DNA of 64,000 bases from an uncultured Phascolarctobacterium sp. (GCF_900545535.1 NZ_UQZN01000010.1); one strand, 5' to 3'. Shown: positions 18,002 to 27,659, counted from the stretch's first letter. Notes: generated from the letters alone by a model not told the origin. A program made the numbers and translations.

Positions 18002-18156
18002 CTGTTTTTCAAGTATGTATACAATATTCTTTTTCGTTTTATTAAATATTTTCTAATGAAATTTAATTTATAAAAAACTAAATTGTATAAATCTAATATC
18101 AGTATTTTGTCAAAACTGCTTATGTACAGCCCGCTTATAACCATATCTTCCAGCGG

Positions 18157-19449
18157 CTAGTTTTTATAAAAAATTTTACCTGTCATTTTTAAATAAATAA
18201 ACTGTTTCAGCTGGCTGAATGTGCTTTGCATAAAATAAGCCCAGCCGTTGATGCCAGCATAGGTTTCCCTGTTAATATGCAGTCTGGCTGCAGGCATTGC
18301 CAAATTAAAATAAATTGTTTTTTCGATGTCGCCTATTTCTATCCGTTCTCTATCGGTGCCGCAAAAAATCTGATATTCATCGCTATCCAGTTGGGGCAAG
18401 TCGTCAGCATACTGCCACTTGTGATAATTGTTTTCATCTGCATTCCGGCAGCTGTTACTGATCCGTACAAAACATTTTTCCGGCAGCGGCAGATCATAGG
18501 CGGCAGCTTGTGCCAGGCTGCGGGCACAGCTGCTGCCAGCCGAAATAACCATCCGTTTGAGCTGCCAGTTATTATCATAGTCGCGCAGTGCTGCAAAGGT
18601 ATCAAAAATGCTGTCCTGAAAGATTTTTATTTCTGTCAGCAGGTAGTCTGCATTGCAGTCCAGATCCAGTGCTGCCGTTATTTTCCGCAGCCATTCAATA
18701 CTTTGCGAAAAGCCATAGGGTGTGTCGGCGATAATATATTTCTGCTGCAGCTTTTCCTGCAGCCATTCGGCAACGGGCAGTCCCAGTTCTTCATTTATTA
18801 CTACGTTCAGTTCTGCTTTGCCTGTCTTTTTTAAATCTTCCCAGTCTGTACCATTATCAAGCAGGCAGAGGTTTACTTTTACGCCTACACTTTTTAGCAT
18901 TCGTTTAAGTTCCAGCATATCGCCTTCCCAGTTTGGATAGCAGGTGCTGCTGCCTATCAGGTTGACTGATGAAGGTTCAGGTGCAGCAGGCTGCAGGCCG
19001 CTGCATTCAAGTAACTCTATCACAGCCCTGCTCCAGCCGTTCCAGTATTCACCGCTCAATCCTCCTGCATCCACGGCAATTATCGGGCAGCCCGGCTGCA
19101 GGTTTTTACAGACGCCTTTGATGTCGTCGCCGATCAGGCTTAATGAACAGCTTGTAAGCACTGCCAGCAAAGAATTTTGCGGGGATGCGCAGGCTTCTGC
19201 TATTGCCTGTTTAAGTTTTTCACTTACGCCGTATAGAAGGTCTGGTTCCAAAACTTCTGAGCAAAAAAGCCTTTGTTCATATTCTTTAACTGCGTTTGCC
19301 AGTTCGCGTTCGGCCAATACGGCGCACCAGCGGGGGCAGTTCATAACTACTTTACTGCCTGTAACGCTTAAAAAAGCAGAGGCCGCACCTGTCATTTGGC
19401 AATAGCCTTGGCAGGGCTGCCAGCGTTTTAATTTTTCATCTGTTTTCAT
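18157..19449 (-). CDS. Nitrogenase component-1-like oxidoreductase, NifK/NifN/BchB-like subunit (Oxidored_nitro family)
   Basis: 430 aa. N-terminal Cys cluster QPCQGYCQMTGAASAFLSVTGSKVVMNCPRWC. LTSCSLSLIGDD and CPIIAVDAGG motifs typical of NifK/NifN-type subunits. Overlaps the D-like gene by 14 nt. Confidence 0.75.
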   Translation of the reverse strand: MKTDEKLKRWQPCQGYCQMTGAASAFLSVTGSKVVMNCPRWCAVLAERELANAVKEYEQRLFCSEVLEPDLLYGVSEKLKQAIAEACASPQNSLLAVLTSCSLSLIGDDIKGVCKNLQPGCPIIAVDAGGLSGEYWNGWSRAVIELLECSGLQPAAPEPSSVNLIGSSTCYPNWEGDMLELKRMLKSVGVKVNLCLLDNGTDWEDLKKTGKAELNVVINEELGLPVAEWLQEKLQQKYIIADTPYGFSQSIEWLRKITAALDLDCNADYLLTEIKIFQDSIFDTFAALRDYDNNWQLKRMVISAGSSCARSLAQAAAYDLPLPEKCFVRISNSCRNADENNYHKWQYADDLPQLDSDEYQIFCGTDRERIEIGDIEKTIYFNLAMPAARLHINRETYAGINGWAYFMQSTFSQLKQFIYLKMTGKIFYKN

Positions 19450-20716
19450 ATACCAGTTCCCTTTGCTCAGTTAATGTTTCAGCTAATTTCAGCAAAAAGT
19501 TTTCGCTTCCTTTTCTTCCTACTCTTCTAAAGCCAATGCAGTATTGCGGACGCGAGCATTTTTTAGGTGCAGTTGTTATCACAAGATCAACAAAAGTATT
19601 TTGCAGCTTTGTTTCGTCGTAATAGTTTGTTTTTAAATTTTTTCCCAGCAGCTTTTTATGCATCAGCTGTTCGGCAGTAGTCAGTTCGTCGCAAAAAATT
19701 ATTCCCTGCAGCTTTAAGCCGGCTTCTTCCAGCATTTTTATTATCGGCAGCGGTTCAAAATATCTCTGCGGCAAACTAATAGCCAAAATATAGCTCTTGC
19801 CCTGAAGCAAGGCAGTGATGTTCTGTAAAAATTCGCTGTAGGCCAGACGTTCTTTTTCTACTGCTTTTATAGCTTCTTGCTTTCTGCCTAAAGCAGTTCC
19901 AAGGTCCAAAAGCCATTCATATGTTGCTTCAAGGCTGCTGGGGATACCTAAATTTATGTAGCTTATCTGCATGGTTTCGGCAAACTGTCTGGCAAAAACC
20001 CGCACTGCTTCAAGATTTTTGGGGATGAATCCTATAGCTGTAACTGCACTGACTGCGGCAGTTTCCTGCAGCTGCTTTAAAGTCATGCCGCCAGGAGGAT
20101 AATAGATATTTTTAAATCCGAACAATCCTAACAGTCTGTTGATTTCATCGATCTCACTTTCGCGGCTGAAAATGACGTTGATACCAAATACTGCCAGTGC
20201 CGCTGGATTTTTAGCAGTACCGCTTAAAGGATAGACGAGCTTTTGACATAAAGCTTTGGTGACTGACAGTACGCCGTCCACCGCTTTTTGATTCATAAAG
20301 CCTGAGCCTTCGACACATAAAACAGGTATACCTGTACTGGCTTCAGTTTCTCTGCAGATCGCTTCAACATCGTCGCCAATAACTCCGGCGGCACAGCCTG
20401 CCGCTACGATGATATATTCCGGTTTCCGTACTGCGGCAATGTCCAGCAGACATGCTTTTAAGAGTTTTTCGCCGCCAAAAATAGCTTCTTTATCTGCCAG
20501 CCCGGTAACAAACAGGTTGCTGCCATCACATTGGCCGTTAAAATATTTATTAGTGGTAATTTTAAGGCGCATTTCCCAAAATGCGTTGTGTGCGATGTGC
20601 GAACATGACTTGGGAGCATGAAAGACTATTGAAGCCCGAGGATTATAAGCGGCAGCCAGAAAAACACTCATCAAGTTACAGTGAATAACTTTTTTCCGTT
20701 CTGAATTTCTGATCAT
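19436..20716 (-). CDS. Nitrogenase component-1-like oxidoreductase, NifD/NifE/BchN-like subunit (Oxidored_nitro family)
   Basis: 426 aa. KVIHCNL...HAPKSCSH (HGPxGC-like P-loop Cys motif). VAAGCAAGVIGDD (the IGDD motif of NifD/E). 4-nt overlap (ATGA) with the upstream binding-protein gene. Confidence 0.75.
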   Translation of the reverse strand: MIRNSERKKVIHCNLMSVFLAAAYNPRASIVFHAPKSCSHIAHNAFWEMRLKITTNKYFNGQCDGSNLFVTGLADKEAIFGGEKLLKACLLDIAAVRKPEYIIVAAGCAAGVIGDDVEAICRETEASTGIPVLCVEGSGFMNQKAVDGVLSVTKALCQKLVYPLSGTAKNPAALAVFGINVIFSRESEIDEINRLLGLFGFKNIYYPPGGMTLKQLQETAAVSAVTAIGFIPKNLEAVRVFARQFAETMQISYINLGIPSSLEATYEWLLDLGTALGRKQEAIKAVEKERLAYSEFLQNITALLQGKSYILAISLPQRYFEPLPIIKMLEEAGLKLQGIIFCDELTTAEQLMHKKLLGKNLKTNYYDETKLQNTFVDLVITTAPKKCSRPQYCIGFRRVGRKGSENFLLKLAETLTEQRELVYENR

Positions 20717-21696
20717 TTTTTCGTCCCATTCGTATTTTCATAAACTATTGCATATAATTTTTCTATTCCTGCGGCGGCGTGGTGTGACAGGCAATTGACA
20801 TAGCTTTGCGGTATAACTACAGCCTGACGTTTTTGAATGGCGGTTATACCGGCATAGGCCGGGTCATTATATATTTCTTCCAGTTGTTCTTCGCTGTTTT
20901 TATATGCCCCGCCTTGCGACCATGAGCCAAGCAGTAGAAATTCCGGGTTGGTTTTGATAACTTCTTCTTTACTCAAAATACGGCTGGTGCCTGCATAGTC
21001 TTTGGTAACAGGGCGTGCCTGTTCATAGCAGTCGTCGATGCCGGCCGCAGTCATGATGTCGTTATAGATGCATCCTGCTCCGCCTATAGCTCCAAAGCGC
21101 AGGAAAAGCAAGGCTGAGCGGCGCTGCTGCGGTGGTATGGCTGCTACTTTGGCCTGCATTGCAGCGAGCCTTGCCTGCATATTTTTTACGATCTGCTCTG
21201 CCTGTTCGTTTTCGCCTACTGCGGCGCCCATACTGCGTACTAAGGCAGGGATTTCGTCGAGTCTGGAGATGTATTTAAAAACATATACTTTTATGCCTAC
21301 TTCTTCCAGGCTGTCTATATATTCACGCTTGGCAGTGTCCGGCACAAAAAGCAGATCAGGTTTCAATGCTACTATGGCTTCAAGGTTATTTTCTACTATG
21401 CCCTGTACGTCTGCAGCTTGTTTATAAGCCATCGACAGCCCCTGGTCGTGTACCCATTTACTGACGCCTGCTATTTTTTGATGCTCAACAAGGTCTAGCA
21501 ATATTTCATCGGCATAAACAAAGCTGCTGGCAATATGTTCAGGCTTTTTTTGAAAGCTGATTTCTTTACCGCGGAGGTCGCGTACTGTGTAACTTTGTTG
21601 CTGCTGCCCGCTAGATGGCAGCAGGTCAATATTTTTACTGCAGCCGCTTAGGCAGAAGGCCAGCGTCAATAGCAGGTACAGCAAATATTTGGGCAT
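20713..21696 (-). CDS. Periplasmic substrate-binding lipoprotein, class III (BtuF/FecB/HmuT-like)
   Basis: Lipobox LSGCS. Paralog of 4793..5770 and 31958..32947 (shared motifs LKPDLLFVPD, VYVFKY). Confidence 0.8.
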   Translation of the reverse strand: MPKYLLYLLLTLAFCLSGCSKNIDLLPSSGQQQQSYTVRDLRGKEISFQKKPEHIASSFVYADEILLDLVEHQKIAGVSKWVHDQGLSMAYKQAADVQGIVENNLEAIVALKPDLLFVPDTAKREYIDSLEEVGIKVYVFKYISRLDEIPALVRSMGAAVGENEQAEQIVKNMQARLAAMQAKVAAIPPQQRRSALLFLRFGAIGGAGCIYNDIMTAAGIDDCYEQARPVTKDYAGTSRILSKEEVIKTNPEFLLLGSWSQGGAYKNSEEQLEEIYNDPAYAGITAIQKRQAVVIPQSYVNCLSHHAAAGIEKLYAIVYENTNGTKK

Positions 21697-21734
21697 CGAC
21701 GGTCATCTCCCTTCGTTCAAAATATACTCTTTAT

Positions 21735-23552
21735 TTAAAAGGTGCGTTCATAGGTCAGCATCCAGTTGCGTTCTTCCAGCAATGCGCCGGAAGTACCGTT
21801 GCTGGAACCGGTTCTGATATCGTCTCTGTTCAGCAGATTATACACAGTCAGTCTTAAAGTGTCTTGATCTGTCAGTTTATGCGCAATGTTCATGTTAATG
21901 TCAAGCATCGGTTTGGTTCCATTTACGCGGCCTGCCATATAGTTGGCAAAAATATTGGCTGAAGTTTTTGCAAGTTTATAGCCTACGCCAGCGTTCAACC
22001 CCAGTTTAAAATCAGTGCGTTCCCATTCTCCGCTGCCAATGGTTTTCTGCTGCGGGTTGGCATAGGAAACTCCTAAATTGTAGCTGAATTTCTGGCTCAA
22101 AGCTTTTTCATAGCTCAGTTCAACGCCGGTATTACGGTATTTTTCGGCATTTTTATAAATATTAAGGCCAGTGGCACTATCTTTGGCACGATAGATCCTG
22201 TCATCGATTTCCATATGGAAAACATTTAATTTAAGCAGATCGCTGTCGGTAAATTTCTTTTTCCAGCCCAGTTCATAGTTCCAGCCGCTTTCTGCTTTCA
22301 GGTCAGGGTTCATGACCTGGGTAGATGTGCCCCATTGTTCGTTGACGTTGGGAGCGCGCATCGATTTATTGATGTTCAGGTAAAGATTTTCATTTTCTCT
22401 GAGGTTTTGCAATATTTGAAGCTGCGGGCAGAATTTACTGCCTGATTCTTCTACATATGCTTCGCGGGCGCCTAAAAACAGTTTTGTTTTGGCACCCAGC
22501 TGCGTTTCGGTCATGAAGAATACTGCACCGCTGTCACGTTTGGCGCTTTCAGCTCCGACAGTATTTTTGGTGTCTTCATTTTCATAGTTGGCGCCGGCCG
22601 TTAAAACAACCTTTCCCAGCTGCCATTTATTTTGAATATCGGCACCGATATTATGACCTTTTTGATGTGTAGTAGTATTGTATTTCCAATCTCTGCTGCG
22701 CATATATACGGCAGCGGATAAATCATTATTGTTATAGCGCATTTGCCCAAAATGATATTGGATATTGCTATGGAAACCAGGTGCATATTGCCCATTATTT
22801 AATTTGGAGCAGTCGGAAATCTTTTTGCTGTACATATATTGAAACAGCAAATTATCGGTTATATTATATTGCAGATTCAAGCTGTCTTTTTCCAGGTTAT
22901 CTCCCATATAAAAACTTGTAGGATTGGACTGATACACTTTGCCGCGCCCTTTGGATTGCTGACGGCTGTAACTGATTTGTAATTTATCGGTCGCAACATT
23001 GACTGCGCCTTTGAACTTATTTTTATCGCCCCAGCCTGCAAGGACTTTGGTTTTGCCCTGTTTTTTATTGGTTATGATATTGATGACACCGGCACTGGCG
23101 TTAGAGCCATATAATACTGCCGAGCCGCCTTTTACTACTTCGATCCTGTCAATGATGTCGGTCGAAATGGATTCAAGATCATAGTTACCGTCCTGATTGA
23201 GCGGAATGCCGTTGACTAAAATAGCAACATTATCCTTGGATACGCCTCTAAAACCAATATATGTGTTGCCCGTAGGCGAAGCAGTCAGCGTAAAGCCGGG
23301 TATATTTCTAACTACTTCCATGACATTGTTGGCACCCAAGCGTTCAATTTTTTCCTGGTCAAATATTTCCGTTGCCGCAGGGATCTCAAGGTCACGTGTT
23401 TCATAGCGCGTAGCAGTAACTAACACAGGGTCCAGTTCAAAGCGTTCTATCTCGTTTTGTTGTTTGTCAGCAAATGCTGTACCCCCCCAGATGACACTCC
23501 CGCTTATCAATGCTACCATCAGTGTACTTTTACTCAAACTTTTCTTCATCAT
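21735..23552 (-). CDS. TonB-dependent receptor (BtuB-like)
   Basis: SD AAGGAG before MMKKSLSKSTLMVALISGSVIWGGTAFA. TonB-box region LDPVLVTATR. Plug and barrel motifs. C-terminal LTYERTF. Confidence 0.85.
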   Translation of the reverse strand: MMKKSLSKSTLMVALISGSVIWGGTAFADKQQNEIERFELDPVLVTATRYETRDLEIPAATEIFDQEKIERLGANNVMEVVRNIPGFTLTASPTGNTYIGFRGVSKDNVAILVNGIPLNQDGNYDLESISTDIIDRIEVVKGGSAVLYGSNASAGVINIITNKKQGKTKVLAGWGDKNKFKGAVNVATDKLQISYSRQQSKGRGKVYQSNPTSFYMGDNLEKDSLNLQYNITDNLLFQYMYSKKISDCSKLNNGQYAPGFHSNIQYHFGQMRYNNNDLSAAVYMRSRDWKYNTTTHQKGHNIGADIQNKWQLGKVVLTAGANYENEDTKNTVGAESAKRDSGAVFFMTETQLGAKTKLFLGAREAYVEESGSKFCPQLQILQNLRENENLYLNINKSMRAPNVNEQWGTSTQVMNPDLKAESGWNYELGWKKKFTDSDLLKLNVFHMEIDDRIYRAKDSATGLNIYKNAEKYRNTGVELSYEKALSQKFSYNLGVSYANPQQKTIGSGEWERTDFKLGLNAGVGYKLAKTSANIFANYMAGRVNGTKPMLDINMNIAHKLTDQDTLRLTVYNLLNRDDIRTGSSNGTSGALLEERNWMLTYERTF

Positions 23553-23712
23553 CAGCTCTAACTCCTTGCCATTTAATGTGTAATACAGTAAAATCATATT
23601 AGTCACTATTATGCACGTTTTTTCTTTTTGATAATTTATTTAATTAGCTTTTGTTACTGTATTACTTATCTAATGATAAAGTATATAATGCTTATAGTGT
23701 CAAGGTGGTTTT

Positions 23713-24552
23713 ATGCAAAATATATCAAAAAATTATTTTACGCCCGGGGAACTTGCCAAATTAACTGGCATTTCCAAGCAGATTCTTCTTTATTATGATA
23801 AAAACAATATTTTTTCGCCTACCTTTGTCGATGACAAAGGTTATCGTTATTATTCTTTATCGCAGTATTTTTCTTTAGAAATTCTTATAACCATGCGTAA
23901 ACTGGATATTCCGCTTCAAGACATCATGGCGTATCTGCATAATAAAAATCTTCAGGACCTTAAAAAGATCTACAGTCAAAAATTAAGCGAATATCGATAT
24001 AAAATAAAGCAGCTGCAGCAATACGAAGCGGCGCTTGAAAAACGTCTGACCCGTTTGGATAAAATAGAAAACATACGCCTTGATCAGATAATGCTGTCTG
24101 AAGAGCCTGAACAGTTATATTATCAAAGCAAGGAAATTTTTTTAACCCAACCCACTAAAATACGGATTTTAAAAATTGCAGAGTATATGCTGCCGCATTT
24201 ACGTTCCCAGTTTTTAGAGGATTGTGTTATTGGTTTTTCGTTAGACCAGAATGAATTTCTTGACTGCGGCAAATTATCCAGATACAGGATCTTTGTACAG
24301 ATAGACGACTGTAATATAGATGCTGTTGCTGATATTCTCTGTAAAAAATCCGGCTTATATCTTTCGTTGTATTGTAATTGCCATTATGGGCTTATTGATG
24401 ATGACATCAAATTGAAAATTAAAAATTTCCTTGAACTGAATCATTTGAAGCCTTGCAGTGATATTTTTGTATTTCCTATCAGGAATTATTGGTCTGCCAC
24501 TACTACTAAAGAAGAAATTTCCCAGATTTGTCTGCAGGTAGAATATATTTGA
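23713..24552 (+). CDS. MerR-family transcriptional regulator with a C-terminal GyrI-like/effector-binding domain (BmrR/TipA-type)
   Basis: N-terminal HTH (YFTPGELAKLTGISKQILLYYDKNNIFSP...DDKGYRYYSLSQYFSLEILITMRKLDIPLQDI), coiled-coil dimerisation helix and a ~150-aa C-terminal ligand-binding domain. Divergent to the TBDR operon with only 106 bp between starts. Confidence 0.75.
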   Translation: MQNISKNYFTPGELAKLTGISKQILLYYDKNNIFSPTFVDDKGYRYYSLSQYFSLEILITMRKLDIPLQDIMAYLHNKNLQDLKKIYSQKLSEYRYKIKQLQQYEAALEKRLTRLDKIENIRLDQIMLSEEPEQLYYQSKEIFLTQPTKIRILKIAEYMLPHLRSQFLEDCVIGFSLDQNEFLDCGKLSRYRIFVQIDDCNIDAVADILCKKSGLYLSLYCNCHYGLIDDDIKLKIKNFLELNHLKPCSDIFVFPIRNYWSATTTKEEISQICLQVEYI

Positions 24553-24762
24553 TAAGGTGTACAATGATTGTATACTTTTTATATTTTGCTTATACTTGTT
24601 TTTAGCCGTAAAAAAAACTCTGAGTATTTTGGGACTATACCCCGAAAAACGGACAGTGAAATAAAACACCTCCTGTTGTAGAATAGAAACTACAGCCGGA
24701 GGTGTTGTTATGTCCTGAAAATATACCAGGGTTGCAAATTTTAGTGAAGAAGTGCTTAGACG

Positions 24763-24806
24763 AAAAGCAGCAGGCGGCGCCCAAGCGCTGCCTGCTGCTT
24801 TTTTTA
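24763..24806. terminator. Bidirectional Rho-independent terminator between the merR-like gene and the convergent TBDR gene
   Basis: AAAAGCAGCAGGC ggcgcccaagcgct GCCTGCTGCTTTTTTT. Confidence 0.7.
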
Positions 24807-26702
24807 AAAGGTTCTGGTATAGGTTATTTTCCAGTTAAATGGTAAATCAAGGTTACCATATCTGTTAGAATAGTTATCCCTGTCAAACAAATTATTCATC
24901 GTCAGGGTTATGTTGTCATTCTTAGTCAAATCATACGAAGTATTCCAGGTCAAACGGTTTCTTGACGGGACGTCATGCCCGCCGTAATATTCCCTGTCGC
25001 CTAAATATTTATATGTAAGGCCGCTTGTAAGCTTGCTGATAGAATAAAAAACCGAAGCTGATACATCTATCCTGCCGTCATCCTGCACCCATTTGGGGTT
25101 GGCAGCGGAAGGATCTTTTACTTCGGGGTTGCCATAGCCAATTCCCAAAGAATAGCGCCATTTATCATTTACATTATGGGTAAATTCTGCTTCGATACCG
25201 GTATTTCTAAAATCGCCTTTGTTTATGGCATACTGTTCACCGGTACCGGGATCTTTATCGCTCCAGCCTATTTTATTTTCAAAATCCATATGGAAGACTG
25301 CAAGCTTGATGCTTTTGTTATCGTAGATTTTTTTGATACCTGTTTCATAGGTCCAGCCTTCTTCGGGCTTTAATGTACCGGCCGCGGCTTTTTTGCCATA
25401 GTATGAATCTACTGTTGGCATTTGGAAAGCTTTGCCGATGTTTATGTACCACGAGGTATTGTCGTTGATTTTATACAGGGTTTGGAACTGCGGGTTCAGT
25501 ATATTTTCGCTTTTTACCGGGTCGTCGATTATTTCGCCGCGCAGCCCCAGGGTAGCACTGAATTTATCGCTGAACACGTTGTTATACGAAAGGTAGATGG
25601 CGTTACTGGTTCTGTGGGCTTTATTGGCTTTGGTAACCAGATTTTCATAGTTTTCGCGTCTTAGGCTGTAGCCGGTTATAAGGGTATTTTTTCCCAGTTT
25701 CCAGGTCTTTTGTACGTCACCGATATAGCTTGATAAATCGGCTGATGAGCTTACAGGGCCTGGTGTGGCTGCGGTAAAGTCGTAGCCTTCAGTACGGCGG
25801 TAGTTATAACCTACTATGGCTTTGATGCCGTTAGATTTGCCATCGTAGGTCAGTCCTGTAGTAATGCGTTTGTCGTCATAACGATAATTATATTTTTTAT
25901 AGACTGAGCCTACTTTTTTGGCATCGTTATTGCTGCCACGGGTAATATTGCCGTCCTGATAGATGAAAGTAAAACCGATCTCATCTGTCAGCGCGGCGGA
26001 GATCCCGGCTCTGTTTTTCTGTCCTTTGCCTACCCACCAGTCGGTAGACGAGCCTTCCGGATAAGCGTTGCTGTGGGTAAGCTTGTTGGAATATTCTTTA
26101 GATGCGGTTACGATAAGTTTTTCACCCGCATAAGTAACGCCGTAATCTTTATAATAGTTGCCGACGGTTCCTTTTACTTTGACCTGAGTTTTGCCACCTG
26201 GCTTTTTAGTAATAATATTAACTACGCCACCCATAGCTTCGCTGCCGTACAGGGTTCCAGCGGCGCCTTTTATGATTTCTATTTGCTGTACCATATCTAT
26301 GGGGATACCGTCTAAGGAGTTATAGTTTTTAAGGTTCATGGGGATACCGTCTACCATGATCAGGGTGCCACGGTCGTAGCCGCGGATAACGGTGCGGCCT
26401 GAACTGAAACCAAAATCCTGACCGGCGTCGCCGTAACCGGTACTTGTTAGGCCTACTTGATGTTCGATAGCGTCAAAAACGTTCTTATAGCCGGCTTCTT
26501 TGATATTTTGTTCAGTAATGATATTAGTGGTTGCCGGTGTATCCAGGTCTCTGGTTTCTGTTCTTTGAGCAGTTACGATCATTGGGTCGAGCGTAAAGGC
26601 CTGATTTGGTTCCTCAGCATGTACTGCAGTACCCCCCCAGATGACATTGCCAGTTATCAGTGCTACCATCAGTACACTTTTACTCAAATTCTTTTTTGAC
26701 AT
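24804..26702 (-). CDS. TonB-dependent receptor (BtuB-like), controlled by a cobalamin riboswitch
   Basis: SD AAAGGAAG before MSKKNLSKSVLMVALITGNVIWGGTAVHA. TonB box LDPMIVTAQR. Plug (IIKGAAGTLYGSEAMGGVVNIITKK). C-terminal KITYTRTF. Confidence 0.85.
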   Translation of the reverse strand: MSKKNLSKSVLMVALITGNVIWGGTAVHAEEPNQAFTLDPMIVTAQRTETRDLDTPATTNIITEQNIKEAGYKNVFDAIEHQVGLTSTGYGDAGQDFGFSSGRTVIRGYDRGTLIMVDGIPMNLKNYNSLDGIPIDMVQQIEIIKGAAGTLYGSEAMGGVVNIITKKPGGKTQVKVKGTVGNYYKDYGVTYAGEKLIVTASKEYSNKLTHSNAYPEGSSTDWWVGKGQKNRAGISAALTDEIGFTFIYQDGNITRGSNNDAKKVGSVYKKYNYRYDDKRITTGLTYDGKSNGIKAIVGYNYRRTEGYDFTAATPGPVSSSADLSSYIGDVQKTWKLGKNTLITGYSLRRENYENLVTKANKAHRTSNAIYLSYNNVFSDKFSATLGLRGEIIDDPVKSENILNPQFQTLYKINDNTSWYINIGKAFQMPTVDSYYGKKAAAGTLKPEEGWTYETGIKKIYDNKSIKLAVFHMDFENKIGWSDKDPGTGEQYAINKGDFRNTGIEAEFTHNVNDKWRYSLGIGYGNPEVKDPSAANPKWVQDDGRIDVSASVFYSISKLTSGLTYKYLGDREYYGGHDVPSRNRLTWNTSYDLTKNDNITLTMNNLFDRDNYSNRYGNLDLPFNWKITYTRTF

Positions 26703-26909
26703 ACTCAACTTCCTTTCACTACATTTTTATTATTGAAATAAAGACATTTCCTGTACTCATTCTTTATGACCGCACATTATTTGCCTTTACTTGCAATCAC
26801 CCAAAATAAAAATACCTTCTGCGCTAAGGCAAAAGGCATTGAACAGCTTAATTCAAAATAAAAGAAGCCGATAACATTACCTAACTGTCTCACGCAGCAG
26901 TAAAGTAAT

Positions 26910-27055
26910 TATCAGGCAGTTCTTCTGACTCAAGTTCATCATTCATCCAAGCCTTCCCAGATAAATTCCAGTGGCATATTTTGGATGAACTCACTTTTAC
27001 AGCGACGGGATCGTGTGGGTTTTACACCCAGCTTCTCTATTAAGACCTGTGTCAC
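26910..27055 (-). promoter_or_regulatory. Cobalamin riboswitch
   Basis: Minus RNA UUAAUAGAGAAGCUGGGUGUAAAACCCACACGAUCCCGUCGCUGUAAAAGUGAG...AUGCCACUGGAAUUUAUCUGGGAAGGCUUGG...GAGUCAGAAGAACUGCCUG, with a canonical GCCACUG B12 box. Confidence 0.8.
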
Positions 27056-27169
27056 CTGATAATATTCATATACATTTATTTTGCAAGTATACTATAAATA
27101 ATTTTACAATGCAATCTTTTATTTTTATTTGTTATTTAATTTTCTTTTTCAATAACTATTTTGTTGCAT

Positions 27170-27215
27170 AAAAAGAACCCGCGCAAGCTTGCTTGCGCGG
27201 GTTCTGAGATTATTC
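27170..27215. terminator. Rho-independent terminator after the skp/ompH-like gene (palindromic)
   Basis: GAACCCGCGCAAGC ttgc TTGCGCGGGTTC flanked by A and T runs. Confidence 0.65.
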
Positions 27216-27221
27216 TGTATT

Positions 27222-27659
27222 TTATTTCAGCAATTCAGCAATTACATCGTTGGTCAGGTCTTTGCCGCCATACAGCATTGCGCTGCTGTCAACTACGCTG
27301 CTGATGCCGGCACGTTTGGCTACTGTGGCAATAGCTTTCTGAACTTTTTTCTGGATCGGCCCCATCAGGTCCTGTTCGCGTTTGGCTACCTGCTGCGACA
27401 GTTTTTCGCCTAATGCCTGTTTACCGCTGTCATCTAAAGAGGCTGCCTTGCTTTCAAATTCCTGCTGCGCTTTTTGGCGTTCCAGGTCAACAGCGCTCAT
27501 GGTAGTTTTGATATCAGGATAGCTTTGAAATACCTGCTGGACATTAACGTAACCTACCATATTTCCGGCTTCGGCGGCTGATACAGCGCCGCAAATGCCC
27601 AGTGCCATGACAATCGTCAAAATAAAGGTCATAATTTGTTTTTTCATCGTTTCCAACAC
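27222..27659 (-). CDS. OmpH/Skp-family periplasmic chaperone
   Basis: 145 aa. Signal peptide followed by a Gln/Lys/Ala-rich helical body (VNVQQVFQSYPD...QKKVQKAIATVAKRAGI), characteristic of Skp/OmpH. Confidence 0.7.
   Translation of the reverse strand: MLETMKKQIMTFILTIVMALGICGAVSAAEAGNMVGYVNVQQVFQSYPDIKTTMSAVDLERQKAQQEFESKAASLDDSGKQALGEKLSQQVAKREQDLMGPIQKKVQKAIATVAKRAGISSVVDSSAMLYGGKDLTNDVIAELLK

Noticed and set aside
18010-18156. Hairpin AGCCGCTGGAAGATATGGTTATAAGCGGGCT downstream of the K-like gene, considered as a terminator
   Set aside because: A 7-bp stem with a 17-nt loop and no adjacent U tract on the minus strand. Termination of the D/K operon may instead rely on the structured riboswitch promoter region.
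18157-20716. Possibility that the NifD/K-like genes are part of a nitrogen-fixation (nif) cluster
   Set aside because: There is no nifH, nifB, nifEN scaffold partners, nifV or other nif genes anywhere in the window. The subunits are ~430 aa (shorter than NifD/NifK at ~480-520 aa). They are embedded in TonB-dependent transport operons. An Nfl-type (nitrogenase-like, non-N2) function is more consistent.
24560-24700. Imperfect inverted repeat CACCTCCTGTTGTAG...CTACAGCCGGAGGTG downstream of the first merR-like gene, considered as a small RNA or REP-like element
   Set aside because: It is a single copy in the window, has no flanking promoter or terminator signature, and is followed 60 bp later by the proper bidirectional terminator. 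Evidence is insufficient to call a feature.
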